Position numbers and translations under genes: made by a program | Notes under the pieces: generated by a model | Told to the model about the DNA's origin: nothing | Seen by the model: only the letters and a program-made list of their open reading frames with translations | Database searches by the model: none | In this document: piece after piece, positions 37,024 to 49,000 of the stretch | Layout: each line of letters opens with the position of its first letter | Numbering within the stretch: the stretch's first letter is position 1 | Assembly: GCA_951406725.2 (NCBI GenBank) | Contig: OX597815.1 | Span: forward strand, 127,410,001 to 127,474,000 | Reading direction: 5' to 3' | Source: Octopus vulgaris | Lineage: Eukaryota | DNA: 64,000 bases

Positions 37024-39333
37024 CTACTCCGCTTTAATAATGAAAAAAATTTCATTAATACATAGAGAGCATTTTTTATTTTTTCCATTATACACAGGTG
37101 CTGAAGTTAGTATTTTCCAATTTAATCTAAAATCTAAGTTCTTACTTTTGAGTTCCCAAATGTATGCACTTAACCCTGTAGAGTACATTCTATTTTTATT
37201 TCTAAAAGTATATCTGTGATAATTCAGTCTCTGTTTCATGCTATTCATAGTTGCTCCGATATACACCCTACTACTAATTTGTGTATCCACAGTGCATTGG
37301 TAAACTACCTCCTTCCTGAGGCATTGATTACCAAACACACATTTATTTCTGTTTCTGAAATTACAATTATTAACAGGTTGAGGTAATCTAAGATTAGTCC
37401 CCAATCCTGTACCACCATTCACATTAGAAGTGTTACAATTGTTAACATTATCCAAACCCAAAATCAACGAATGAGTTAATTTAATATTATTGGCGATATT
37501 CCTATCACTAGTACTAGTATTGGTAGTAGTAGTATCATCTATTACATTTATATTAACCCTAGCAGGTACGGTACGCTCATAATTTGTAAGAGGGTTGTTC
37601 CCGTTAGTTCCAAAAGAGTTTTTGTTCCTATTATTAAAGAGGGGCAAATTTCCATTATCTAAATTCAACTTTCTATCTTTGTAGAAGTAATCCAGTTTCC
37701 TGTTATTAAAGAGGAGATAATGGTGGCTAGATTATGAGTAATGCTATATCCTACTCTAACAGTACCATTGTTAATTAAATGACTAAATTTATTCCTATCC
37801 TTACCAAAATGCCTAAATATTACATTATGCAAAGCTCTAACTATGTCTGTTTTAATCTGCATTGCATATGGGATAATCAACCAGAGTGTATCCTTATCAG
37901 AATTGGGATTGCCTATCGAATTATTGTTTTTTGTAAAAATCCTATTCCTAGACCAACCCATATGTTTACTATCCTTACCATTGTCATTGTTATATCTATC
38001 CATATCAATATTCCCATGATTATTACGCAAGTAAACTTTGCCATTATCATATCTACCATAAGTTTTTATATGTATATTATTAATATTACTACTATTACCC
38101 GTTTGCTCAGATCCATTTGAGCTACCGTTCACTGTTCCGAGGTTAACATCACCTCTATAATTACTATAGGCGTTATCATATATTCTATTTTTTCTATTCT
38201 TATATTTATTACTAGCAGTATCGCCCGGCGTTGCTCAGGTTTGTAAGGGAAATAACTATAAAGCATTTTTAGAGAGTTATAGCCAAAAAATAGCAAAAAA
38301 ATGGAAAAAAAATGATGGTAAATTTTTTTTGAGAGTTAAAAAAGGTCGAGTTGCGTCCGCTAGACAGTCTGTGGTTTGTGTTTCTGATTCTCGACCCCAT
38401 GTCGAATTTATCGATTTTTTTTCAGAACTGGGGGAACTTTTCAAAATTTTCGCTGCGTTAGTTTTGAATTATGACATTGGGCTATGTGTGTGTGTCAAGT
38501 TTCATCAGAATCGGTTGAAAACAGTGGTCAGGGTGAGGGTACAACCAAACAGACACACAGAAACACACACAGACAAACTGCCGTTTATATATAGAGAGAG
38601 ATTATTTATCCTAAATCTATTGGCGTTGTTCCTAATAGTTCCACCTCCATTTGGAGGGGTTCCCCTTGGGTATATACCATATTTTACTATTGTATCCTGC
38701 TTTTAGCAAAGCTGCATTGTATCTATCACAATGCTTGTTAAAAATTTCCTCGTTAGAGGATAAACAAGAAATTCTCTGACTAATGCTACGCACTAGTGCA
38801 CTTTTAATTTGAGGGGGTGATTGCTTGAACGGTTTATATATATTAGGTTGGAATTGGGTTTAATATAAGGTTCATGTAATCCATTAGTAATGTTACAATT
38901 AACATCTAAATAATTGGCAGAATAGTTTTCACTTTCAATGATAATGGATAGTCCGAAACTTTTAAAAAATTTATTTATTCTTTTTTTCAGAAGATCCAAT
39001 CTCCTATTAGATGTATTCTTAACACAAAATAGAGCATCATCCCTGTATAATCCACCTTTTAATTCAGGGAATTCCCTACTAAAGTTATCTAATAGATTCA
39101 TCCCTACTAGATCAGTCACTTCCGCTGAGTCCGGCGATCCCATGGTGATGTTGAACAAGTTGGGTGTGTCCTTTCTAGCCCAAAGTTTATTATCAAACTC
39201 TATTAAAGTTTTCCTGGCTGTTAATATAACCTTAATCTCCCCCATACTTAATTTAGTGTATTTTCTAGCAAAAATTAAAGCCTTATTTAATATAATAGGG
39301 TTAATGGAAGTGTAATAATTCTGTATATCAAAT
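37024..39333 (-). pseudogene. Penelope-like retroelement RT + GIY-YIG ORF; 5'-truncated, frameshifted and interrupted
   Basis: RT: 'FDIQNYYTSI', 'FNITMGSPDSAEVTDLVG', 'GLYRDDAL', 'NYLDV..YIKPN..YINRSSNHP'; linker 'LWLIIPY..RHF..TVRVGYS'; EN: 'C..C..CLRKEVVYQC..VYIGAT..KQRLNYH..TGLS.YIWELK..W.IL..CSLCINE'. Confidence 0.93.
38210..38602 (+). mobile_element. Non-autonomous Helentron/HINE (DINE-1/Lep1-like) insertion in the Penelope ORF
   Basis: Starts 'tactagcagtatcgcccggcgttgc'; contains 'aagtttcatcagaatcggttg' and an (ACAG/AC)n tract; ends 'tttatatatagagagagatt'; T-rich site without TSD; CpG-rich relative to flanks. Confidence 0.7.
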
Positions 39334-40045
39334 TAATCAATATCAAGCGGACAGAATAACTAAACTCATAGTTATTTTGATTTTGAATGGATGTACTTGG
39401 TGCAAACTTAACTGTATCTATTATTATTATTTATTATTATTAATATTAATAGTAATTTATATTGACTTTTTATAGGTTTATAATTTTATGAACTGAACTA
39501 TGGTTTTTTATTATTATTTCCAGGTATAGGTATGATTTTAATTTAAATAGTAGTGCTTATACATCTCCCTATGTGTTAGTTTTTAAAACTATTAGCCAAA
39601 TATGTAAAATAACTGTGCTTATTAATATTAATATATACACTGATATATATTTTGTTTTATTTTGTTTTGTTTACCTTGATTTATCTTTCTATCTCTCTCT
39701 CTAAATTCTACTGAAGAAATTTCGTAGGGCATCCTTGTTAATACCTCATTTATACCTGCCTTTATGGCTTATAGGTTAAATGAGAATATGACTTCTGCTT
39801 ACTGCCGAAACAGCTGTCAGATATGATATAATTACATATTATATTTTATATTTTACATTTCTATTTCCTTGTCTATTTATATTTACTATATATTTTGTAT
39901 AATGCCTTTACTGATATGTAATGGTGTAATAAAGTATTGATTGGGTATCATCTGTTAGTTGATGTTTTATTGATTTAATGTATGTTACTCCATTTTCTAA
40001 TTTTGTAAAAATACAGCTTGATTTATCTTTCTATCTCTCTCTCTA
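39334..40045 (+). mobile_element. Probable inverted 3'-UTR/pLTR segment of the Penelope-like element
   Basis: Begins where the RT frame stops; T-rich on + (the 3' UTR at 36431-37023 is T-rich on -); contains a hammerhead-like motif and a 29-nt direct repeat (39675-39703 / 40017-40045). Confidence 0.6.
39706..39824 (+). ncRNA. Hammerhead-ribozyme-like motif with extended stem II
   Basis: CTGAAGA (39711-39717) ... GAAAC-AGCT-GTC (39807-39818, palindromic loop 3); inner hairpin ctcattta/taaatgag, acct/aggt, gcc/ggc; base of stem II and stem I pair imperfectly. Confidence 0.55.
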
Positions 40046-43000
40046 CAAAATTTAACCTTAGGCTAGGCTACCTCAAGCCGTAATCCCATCTCTCTTCCCA
40101 TCTCTTCCCATCTTTCAGCCATTGGCGGTCTTTTTTTTCCTCCTCTTACCATTACGATTCTACAATTTAAATTCCCAATTCAACTAACTTACTTCTTAAA
40201 TTTCAACTCCCGATCGATGTCCGCAGCAAGTTCTTTAAAAATTTATCTTAATATTTCTATTCGTTGTTACTACGTTTATTCATACATTGTTACGAAAATT
40301 TAACCTTTTAAGGCTACTTTCAAGCCTTCGCCATAACTTGATTTATCTTTCTATCTCTCTCTCTACAAAATTTAACCTTAGGCTAGGCTACCTCAAGCCG
40401 TAATCCCATCTCTTCCCATCTCTTCCCATCTTTCAGCCATTTGGCGGTCTTTTTTCCTCCTCTTACCATTACGATTCTACAATTTAAATTCCCAATTCAA
40501 CCTAACTTACTTCTTCAATTTAAATTCCCAATTTCAACTTCTTAAATTTCAATTCGACCGATGTCCGCAGCAAGTTCTTTAAAAATTTATCTTAATATTT
40601 CTATTCGTTGTTACTACGTTTATTCATACATTATTACGAAAATTTAACCTTTTAAGGCTACTTTCAAGCCTTCGCCATAACTTGATTTATCTTTCTATCT
40701 CTCTCTCTACAAAATTTAACCTTAGGCTAGGCTACCTCAAGCCGTAATCCCATCTCTTCCCATCTCTTCCCATCTTTCCCATCTTTCAGCCATCTTTCAA
40801 CCATCTTTCAGGCGGTCTTTTTCCTCCTCTTACCATTACGATTCTACAATTTAAATTCCCAATTCAACTAACTTACTTCTTCAATTTCAACTCCCGATCG
40901 ATGTCCGCAGCAAGTTCTTTAAAAATTTATCTTAATATTTCTATTCGTTGTTACTACGTTTATTCATACATTGTTACGAAAATTTAACCTTTTAAGGCTA
41001 CTTTCAAGCCTTCGCCATAACTTGATTTATCTTTCTATCTCTCTCTCTACAAAATTTAACCTTAGGCTAGGCTACCTCAAGCCGTAATCCCATCTCTTCC
41101 CATCTCTCTTTCCCATCTTTCAGCCATTTGGCGGTCTTTTTTCCTCCTCTTACCATTACGATTCTACAATTTAAATTCCCAATTCAACTAACTTACTTCT
41201 TCAATTTCAACTCCCGATCGATGTCCGCAGCAAGTTCTTTAAAAATTTATCTTAATATTTCTATTCGTTGTTACTACGTTTATTCATACATTGTTACGAA
41301 AATTTAACCTTTTAAGGCTACTTTCAAGCCTTCGCCATAACTTGATTTATCTTTCTATCTCTCTCTCTACAAAATTTAACCTTAGGCTAGGCTACCTCAA
41401 GCCGTAATCCCATCTCTTCCCATCTCTTCCCATCTTTCAGCCATTTTCAGGCGGTCTTTTTTTCCTCCTCTTACCATTACGATTCTACAATTTAAATTCC
41501 CAATTCAACTAACTTACTTCTTCAATTTCAACTCCCGATCGATGTCCGCAGCAAGTTCTTTAAAAATTTATCTTAATATTTCTATTCGTTGTTACTACGT
41601 TTATTCATACATTGTTACGAAAATTTAACCTTTTAAGGCTACTTTCAAGCCTTCGCCATAACTTGATTTATCTTTCTATCTCTCTCTCTACAAAATTTAA
41701 CCTTAGGCGAGGCTACCTCAAGCCGTAATCCCATCTCTTCCCATCTCTTCCCATCTTTCAGCCATTGGCGGTCTTTTTCCTCCTCTTACCATTACGATTC
41801 TACAATTTAAATTCCCAATTCAACTAACTTACTTCTTCAATTTCAACTCCCGATCGATGTCCGCAGCAAGTTCTTTAAAAATTTATCTTAATATTTCTAT
41901 TCGTTGTTACTACGTTTATTCATACATTGTTACGAAAATTTAACCTTTTAAGGCTACTTTCAAGCCTTCGCCATAACTTGATTTATCTTTCTATCTCTCT
42001 CTCTACAAAATTTAACCTTAGGCTAGGCTACCTCAAGCCGTAATCCCATCTCTTCCCATCTCTTCCCATCTTTCAGCCATCTTTCAGCCATCTTTCAGCG
42101 GTCTTTTTTTCCTCCTCTTACCATTACGATTCTACAATTTAAATTCCCAATTCAACTAACTTACTTCTTCAATTTCAACTCCCGATCGATGTCCGCAGCA
42201 AGTTCTTTAAAAATTTATCTTAATATTTCTATTCGTTGTTACTACGTTTATTCATACATTGTTACGAAAATTTAACCTTTTAAGGCTACTTTCAAGCCTT
42301 CGCCATAACTTGATTTATCTTTCTATCTCTCTCTCTACAAAATTTAACCTTAGGCTAGGCTACCTCAAGCCGTAATCCCATCTCTTCCCATCTCTTCCCA
42401 TCTTTCAGCCATCTTTCAGCCATCTTTCAGCCATTGGCGGTCTTTTTTCCTCCTCTTACCATTACGATTCTACAATTTAAATTCCCAATTCAACTAACTT
42501 ACTTCTTCAATTTCAACTCCCGATCGATGTCCGCAGCAAGTTCTTTAAAAATTTATCTTAATATTTCTATTCGTTGTTACTACGTTTATTCATACATTGT
42601 TACGAAAATTTAACCTTTTAAGGCTACTTTCAAGCCTTCGCCATAACTTGATTTATCTTTCTATCTCTCTCTCTACAAAATTTAACCTTAGGCTAGGCTA
42701 CCTCAAGCCGTAATCCCATCTCTTCCCATCTCTTTTCCCATCTTTCAGCCATTGGCGGTCTTTTTTCCTCCTCTTACCATTACGATTCTACAATTTAAAT
42801 TCCCAATTCAACTAACTTACTTCTTCAATTTCAACTCCCGATCGATGTCCGCAGCAAGTTCTTTAAAAATTTATCTTAATATTTCTATTCGTTGTTACTA
42901 CGTTTATTCATACATTGTTACGAAAATTTAACCTTTTAAGGCTACTTTCAAGCCTTCGCCATAACTTGATTTATCTTTCTATCTCTCTCTCTACAAAATT

Positions 43001-46000
43001 TAACCTTAGGCGAGGCTACCTCAAGCCGTAATCCCATCTCTTCCCATCTCTCATCTAGCCGTAATCCCATCTCTTCCCATCTCTTCAGTCCATCTTTCAG
43101 CCATTTGGCGGTCTTTTTTTCCTCCTCTTACCATTACGATTCTACAATTTAAATTCCCAATTCAACTAACTTACTTCTTCAATTTCAACTCCCGATCGAT
43201 GTCCGCAGCAAGTTCTTTAAAAATTTATCTTAATATTTCTATTCGTTGTTACTACGTTTATTCATACATTGTTACGAAAATTTAACCTTTTAAGGCTACT
43301 TTCAAGCCTTCGCCATAACTTGATTTATCTTTCTATCTCTCTCTCTACAAAATTTAACCTTAGGCGAGGCTACCTCAAGCCGTAATCCCATCTCTTCCCA
43401 TCTCTTCCCATCTTTCATCTCTTTCAGCCATCTTTCAGCCATTGGCGGTCTTTTTTCCTCCTCTTACCATTACGATTCTACAATTTAAATTCCCAATTCA
43501 ACTAACTTACTTCTTAAATTTCAACTCCCGATCGATGTCCGCAGCAAGTTCTTTAAAAATTTATCTTAATATTTCTATTCGTTGTTACTACGTTTATTCA
43601 TACATTGTTACGAAAATTTAACCTTTTAAGGCTACTTTCAAGCCTTCGCCATAACTTGATTTATCTTTCTATCTCTCTCTCTACAAAATTTAACCTTAGG
43701 CTAGGCTACCTCAAGCCGTAATCCCATCTCTTCCCATCTCTTTCCCATCTTTCAGCCATCTTTCAGCCATCTTTCAGCCATTGGCGGTCTTTTTTCCTCC
43801 TCTTACCATTACGATTCTACAATTTAAATTCCCAATTCAACTAACTTACTTCTTCAATTTCAACTCCCGATCGATGTCCGCAGCAAGTTCTTTAAAAATT
43901 TATCTTAATATTTCCATTCGTTGTTACTACGTTTATTCATACATTGTTACGAAAATTTAACCTTTTAAGGCTACTTTCAAGCCTTCGCCATAACTGATTT
44001 ATCTTTCTATCTCTCTCTCTACAAAATTTAACCTTAGGCGAGGCTACCTCAAGCCGTAATCCCATCTCTTCCCATCTCTTCCCATCTTTCAGCCATCTTT
44101 CACCATCTTTCAGCCATTGGCGGTCTTTTTTTCCTCCTCTTACCATTACGATTCTACAATTTAAATTCCCAATTCAACTAACTTACTTCTTCAATTTCAA
44201 CTCCCGATCGATGTCCGCAGCAAGTTCTTTAAAAATTTATCTTAATATTTCTATTCGTTGTTACTACGTTTATTCATACATTGTTACGAAAATTTAACCT
44301 TTTAAGGCTACTTTCAAGCCTTCGCCATAACTTGATTTATCTTTCTATCTCTCTCTCTACAAAATTTAACCTTAGGCTAGGCTACCTCAAGCCGTAATCC
44401 CATCTCTTCCCATCTCTTCCCATCTTTCAGCCATCTTTCAGCCATCTTTCAGCCATTGGTCGTCTTTTTCCTCCTCTTACCATTACGATTTCTACAATTT
44501 AAATTCCCAATTCAACTAACTTACTTCTTAAATTTCAACTCCCGATCGATGTCCGCAGCAAGTTCTTTAAAAATTTATCTTAATATTTCCATTCGTTGTT
44601 ACTACGTTTATTCATACATTGTTACGAAAATTTAACCTTTTAAGGCTACTTTCAAGCCTTCGCCACTTAACTTGATTTATCTTTCTATCTCTCTCTCTAC
44701 AAAATTTAACCTTAGGCGAGGCTACCTCAAGCCGTAATCCCATCTCTTCCCATCTCAACTAACTTACAATTTCAACTCCCGATCGATGTCCGCAGCAAGT
44801 TCTTTAAAAATTTATCTTAATATTTCTATTCGTTGTTACTACGTTTATTCATACATTGTTACGAAAATTTAACCTTTTAAGGCTACTTTCAAGCCTTCGC
44901 CATAACTTGATTTATCTTTCTATCTCTCTCTCTACAAAATTTAACCTTAGGCTAGGCTACCTCAAGCCGTAATCCCATCTCTTCCCATCTCTTCCCATCT
45001 TTCAGCCATTGGCGGTCTTTTTTCCTCCTCTTACCATTACGATTCTACAATTTAAATTCCCAATTCAACTAACTTACTTCTTCAATTTCAACTCCCGATC
45101 GATGTCCGCAGCAAGTTCTTTAAAAATTTATCTTAATATTTCTATTCGTTGTTACTACGTTTATTCATACATTGTTACGAAAATTTAACCTTTTAAGGCT
45201 ACTTTCAAGCCTTCGCCATAACTTGATTTATCTTTCTATCTCTCTCTCTACAAAATTTAACCTTAGGCTAGGCTACCTCAAGCCGTAATCCCAAGCCGTA
45301 ATCCCATCTCTTCCCATCTCTTCAGCCATCTTTCAGCGCCATCTTTCTTTCTTTTCCTCCTCTTACCATTACGATTCTACAATTTAAATTCCCAATTCAA
45401 CTAACTTACTTCTTAAATTTCAACTCCCGATCGATGTCCGCAGCAAGTTCTTTAAAAATTTATCTTAATATTTCCATTCGTTGTTACTACGTTTATTCAT
45501 ACATTGTTACGAAAATTTAACCTTTTAAGGCTACTTTCAAGCCTTCGCCATAACTTGATTTATCTTTCTATCTCTCTCTCTACAAAATTTAACCTTAGGC
45601 TAGGCTACCTCAAGCCGTAATCCCATCTCTTCCCATCCTTCCCATCTCTTCCCATCTCAGCCATTTCCCATCTTTCAGCCATTGGCGGTCTTTTTTCCTC
45701 CTCTTACCATTACGATTCTACAATTTAAATTCCCAATTCAACTAACTTACTTCTTCAATTTCAACTCCCGATCGATGTCCGCAGCAAGTTCTTTAAAAAT
45801 TTATCTTAATATTTCCATTCGTTGTTACTACGTTTATTCATACATTGTTACGAAAATTTAACCTTTTAAGGCTACTTTCAAGCCTTCGCCATAACTTGAT
45901 TTATCTTTCTATCTCTCTCTCTACAAAATTTAACCTTAGGCTGAGGCTACCTCAAGCCGTAATCCCATCTCTTCCCATCTCTTCCCATCTCTTCATCTTT

Positions 46001-49000
46001 CAGCCATTTTCAGGCGGTCTTTTTTCCTCCTCTTACCATTACGATTCTACAATTTAAATTCCCAATTCAACTAACTTACTTCTTCAATTTCAACTCCCGA
46101 TCGATGTCCGCAGCAAGTTCTTTAAAAATTTATCTTAATATTTCTATTCGTTGTTACTACGTTTATTCATACATTGTTACGAAAATTTAACCTTTTAAGG
46201 CTACTTTCAAGCCTTCGCCATAACTTGATTTATCTTTCTATCTCTCTCTCTACAAAATTTAACCTTAGGCTAGGCTACCTCAAGCCGTAATCCCATCTCT
46301 TCCCATCTCTTCCCAGCCATCTTTCAGCCATTTTCAGCGGTCTTTTTTTCCTCCTCTTACCATTACGATTCTACAATTTAAATTCCCAATTCAACTAACT
46401 TACTTCTTCAATTTCAACTCCCGATCGATGTCCGCAGCAAGTTCTTTAAAAATTTATCTTAATATTTCTATTCGTTGTTACTACGTTTATTCATACATTG
46501 TTACGAAAATTTAACCTTTTAAGGCTACTTTCAAGCCTTCGCCATAACTTGATTTATCTTTCTATCTCTCTCTCTACAAATTTAACCTTAGGCTAGGCTA
46601 CCTCAAGCCATCTAATCCCATCTCTTCCCATCTCTCTTCCCATCTTTCAGCCATTGGCGGTCTTTTTTCCTCCTCTTACCATTACGATTCTACAATTTAA
46701 ATTCCCAATTCAACTAACTTACTTCTTCAATTTCAACTCCCGATCGATGTCCGCAGCAAGTTCTTTAAAAATTTATCTTAATATTTCTATTCGTTGTTAC
46801 TACGTTTATTCATACATTGTTACGAAAATTTAACCTTTTAAGGCTACTTTCAAGCCTTCGCCATAACTTGATTTATCTTTCTATCTCTCTCTCTACAAAA
46901 TTTAACCTTAGGCGAGGCTACCTCAAGCCGTAATCCCATCTCTTCCCATCTCTTCCCATCTTTCAGCCATTGGCAGTCTTTTTTTCCTCTTTCTTGGCTT
47001 CTTTCTCCTCTTACCATTACGATTCTACAATTTAAATTCCCAATTCAACTAACTTACTTCTTCAATTTCAACTCCCGATCGATGTCCGCAGCAAGTTCTT
47101 TAAAAATTTATCTTAATATTTCTATTCGTTGTTACTACGTTTATTCATACATTGTTACGAAAATTTAACCTTTTAAGGCTACTTTCAAGCCTTCGCCATA
47201 ACTTGATTTATCTTTCTATCTCTCTCTCTACAAAATTTAACCTTAGGCTAGGCTACCTCAAGCCGTAATCCCATCTCTTCCCATCTCTTCCCATCTTTCA
47301 GCCATTTTTCAGGCGGTCTTTTTTCCTCCTCTTACCATTACGATTCTACAATTTAAATTCCCAATTCAACTAACTTACTTCTTCAATTTCAACTCCCGAT
47401 CGATGTCCGCAGCAAGTTCTTTAAAAATTTATCTTAATATTTCTATTCGTTGTTACTACGTTTATTCATACATTGTTACGAAAATTTAACCTTTTAAGGC
47501 TACTTTCAAGCCTTCGCCATAACTTGATTTATCTTTCTATCTCTCTCTCTACAAAATTTAACCTTAGGCTGAGGCTACCTCAAGCCGTAATCCCATCTCT
47601 TCCCATCTCTTCCCATCTTTCAGCCATTTGGCAGTCTTTTTGGCGTCTTTTTCCTCCTCTTACCATTACGATTCTACAATTTAAATTCCCAATTCAACTA
47701 ACTTACTTCTTCAATTTCAACTCCCGATCGATGTCCGCAGCAAGTTCTTTAAAAATTTATCTTAATATTTCTATTCGTTGTTACTACGTTTATTCATACA
47801 TTGTTACGAAAATTTAACCTTTTAAGGCTACTTTCAAGCCTTCGCCATAACTTGATTTATCTTTCTATCTCTCTCTCTACAAAATTTAACCTTAGGCTAG
47901 GCTACCTCAAGCCGTAATCCCATCTCTTCCCATCTCTTCCCATCTTTCAGCCATTTTCAGGCATCTCTTTTTTTTCCTCCTCTTACCATTACGATTCTAC
48001 AATTTAAATTCCCAATTCAACTAACTTACTTCTTCAAATTTCAACTCCCGATCGATGTCCGCAGCAAGTTCTTTAAAAATTTATCTTAATATTTCTATTC
48101 GTTGTTACTACGTTTATTCATACATTGTTACGAAAATTTAACCTTTTAAGGCTACTTTCAAGCCTTCGCCATAACTTGATTTATCTTTCTATCTCTCTCT
48201 CTACAAAATTTAACCTTAGGCTAGGCTACCTCAAGCCGTAATCCCATCTCTTCCCATCTCTTCCAGCCATCTTTCAGCCATCTTTCAGCCATTTTCAGCC
48301 ATTGCGGTCTTTTTTCCTCCTCTTACCATTACGATTCTACAATTTAAATTCCCAATTCAACTAACTTACTTCTTCAATTTCAACTCCCGATCGATGTCCG
48401 CAGCAAGTTCTTTAAAAATTTATCTTAATATTTCTATTCGTTGTTACTACGTTTATTCATACATTGTTACGAAAATTTAACCTTTTAAGGCTACTTTCAA
48501 GCCTTCGCCATAACTTGATTTATCTTTCTATCTCTCTCTCTACAAAATTTAACCTTAGGCTAGGCTACCTCAAGCCGTAATCCCATCTCTTCCCATCTCT
48601 TTCCCATCTTTCAGCCATTTTCAGCGGTCTTTTTTCCTCCTCTTACCATTACGATTCTACAATTTAAATTCCCAATTCAACTAACTTACTTCTTCAATTT
48701 CAACTCCCGATCGATGTCCGCAGCAAGTTCTTTAAAAATTTATCTTAATATTTCTATTCGTTGTTACTACGTTTATTCATACATTGTTACGAAAATTTAA
48801 CCTTTTAAGGCTACTTTCAAGCCTTCGCCATAACTTGATTTATCTTTCTATCTCTCTCTCTACAAAATTTAACCTTAGGCTAGGCTACCTCAAATCCGTA
48901 ATCCCATCTCTTCCCATCTCTTCCCATCTTTCAGCCATTGGCGGTCTTTTTTCCTCCTCTTACCATTACGATTCTACAATTTAAATTCCCAATTCAACTA

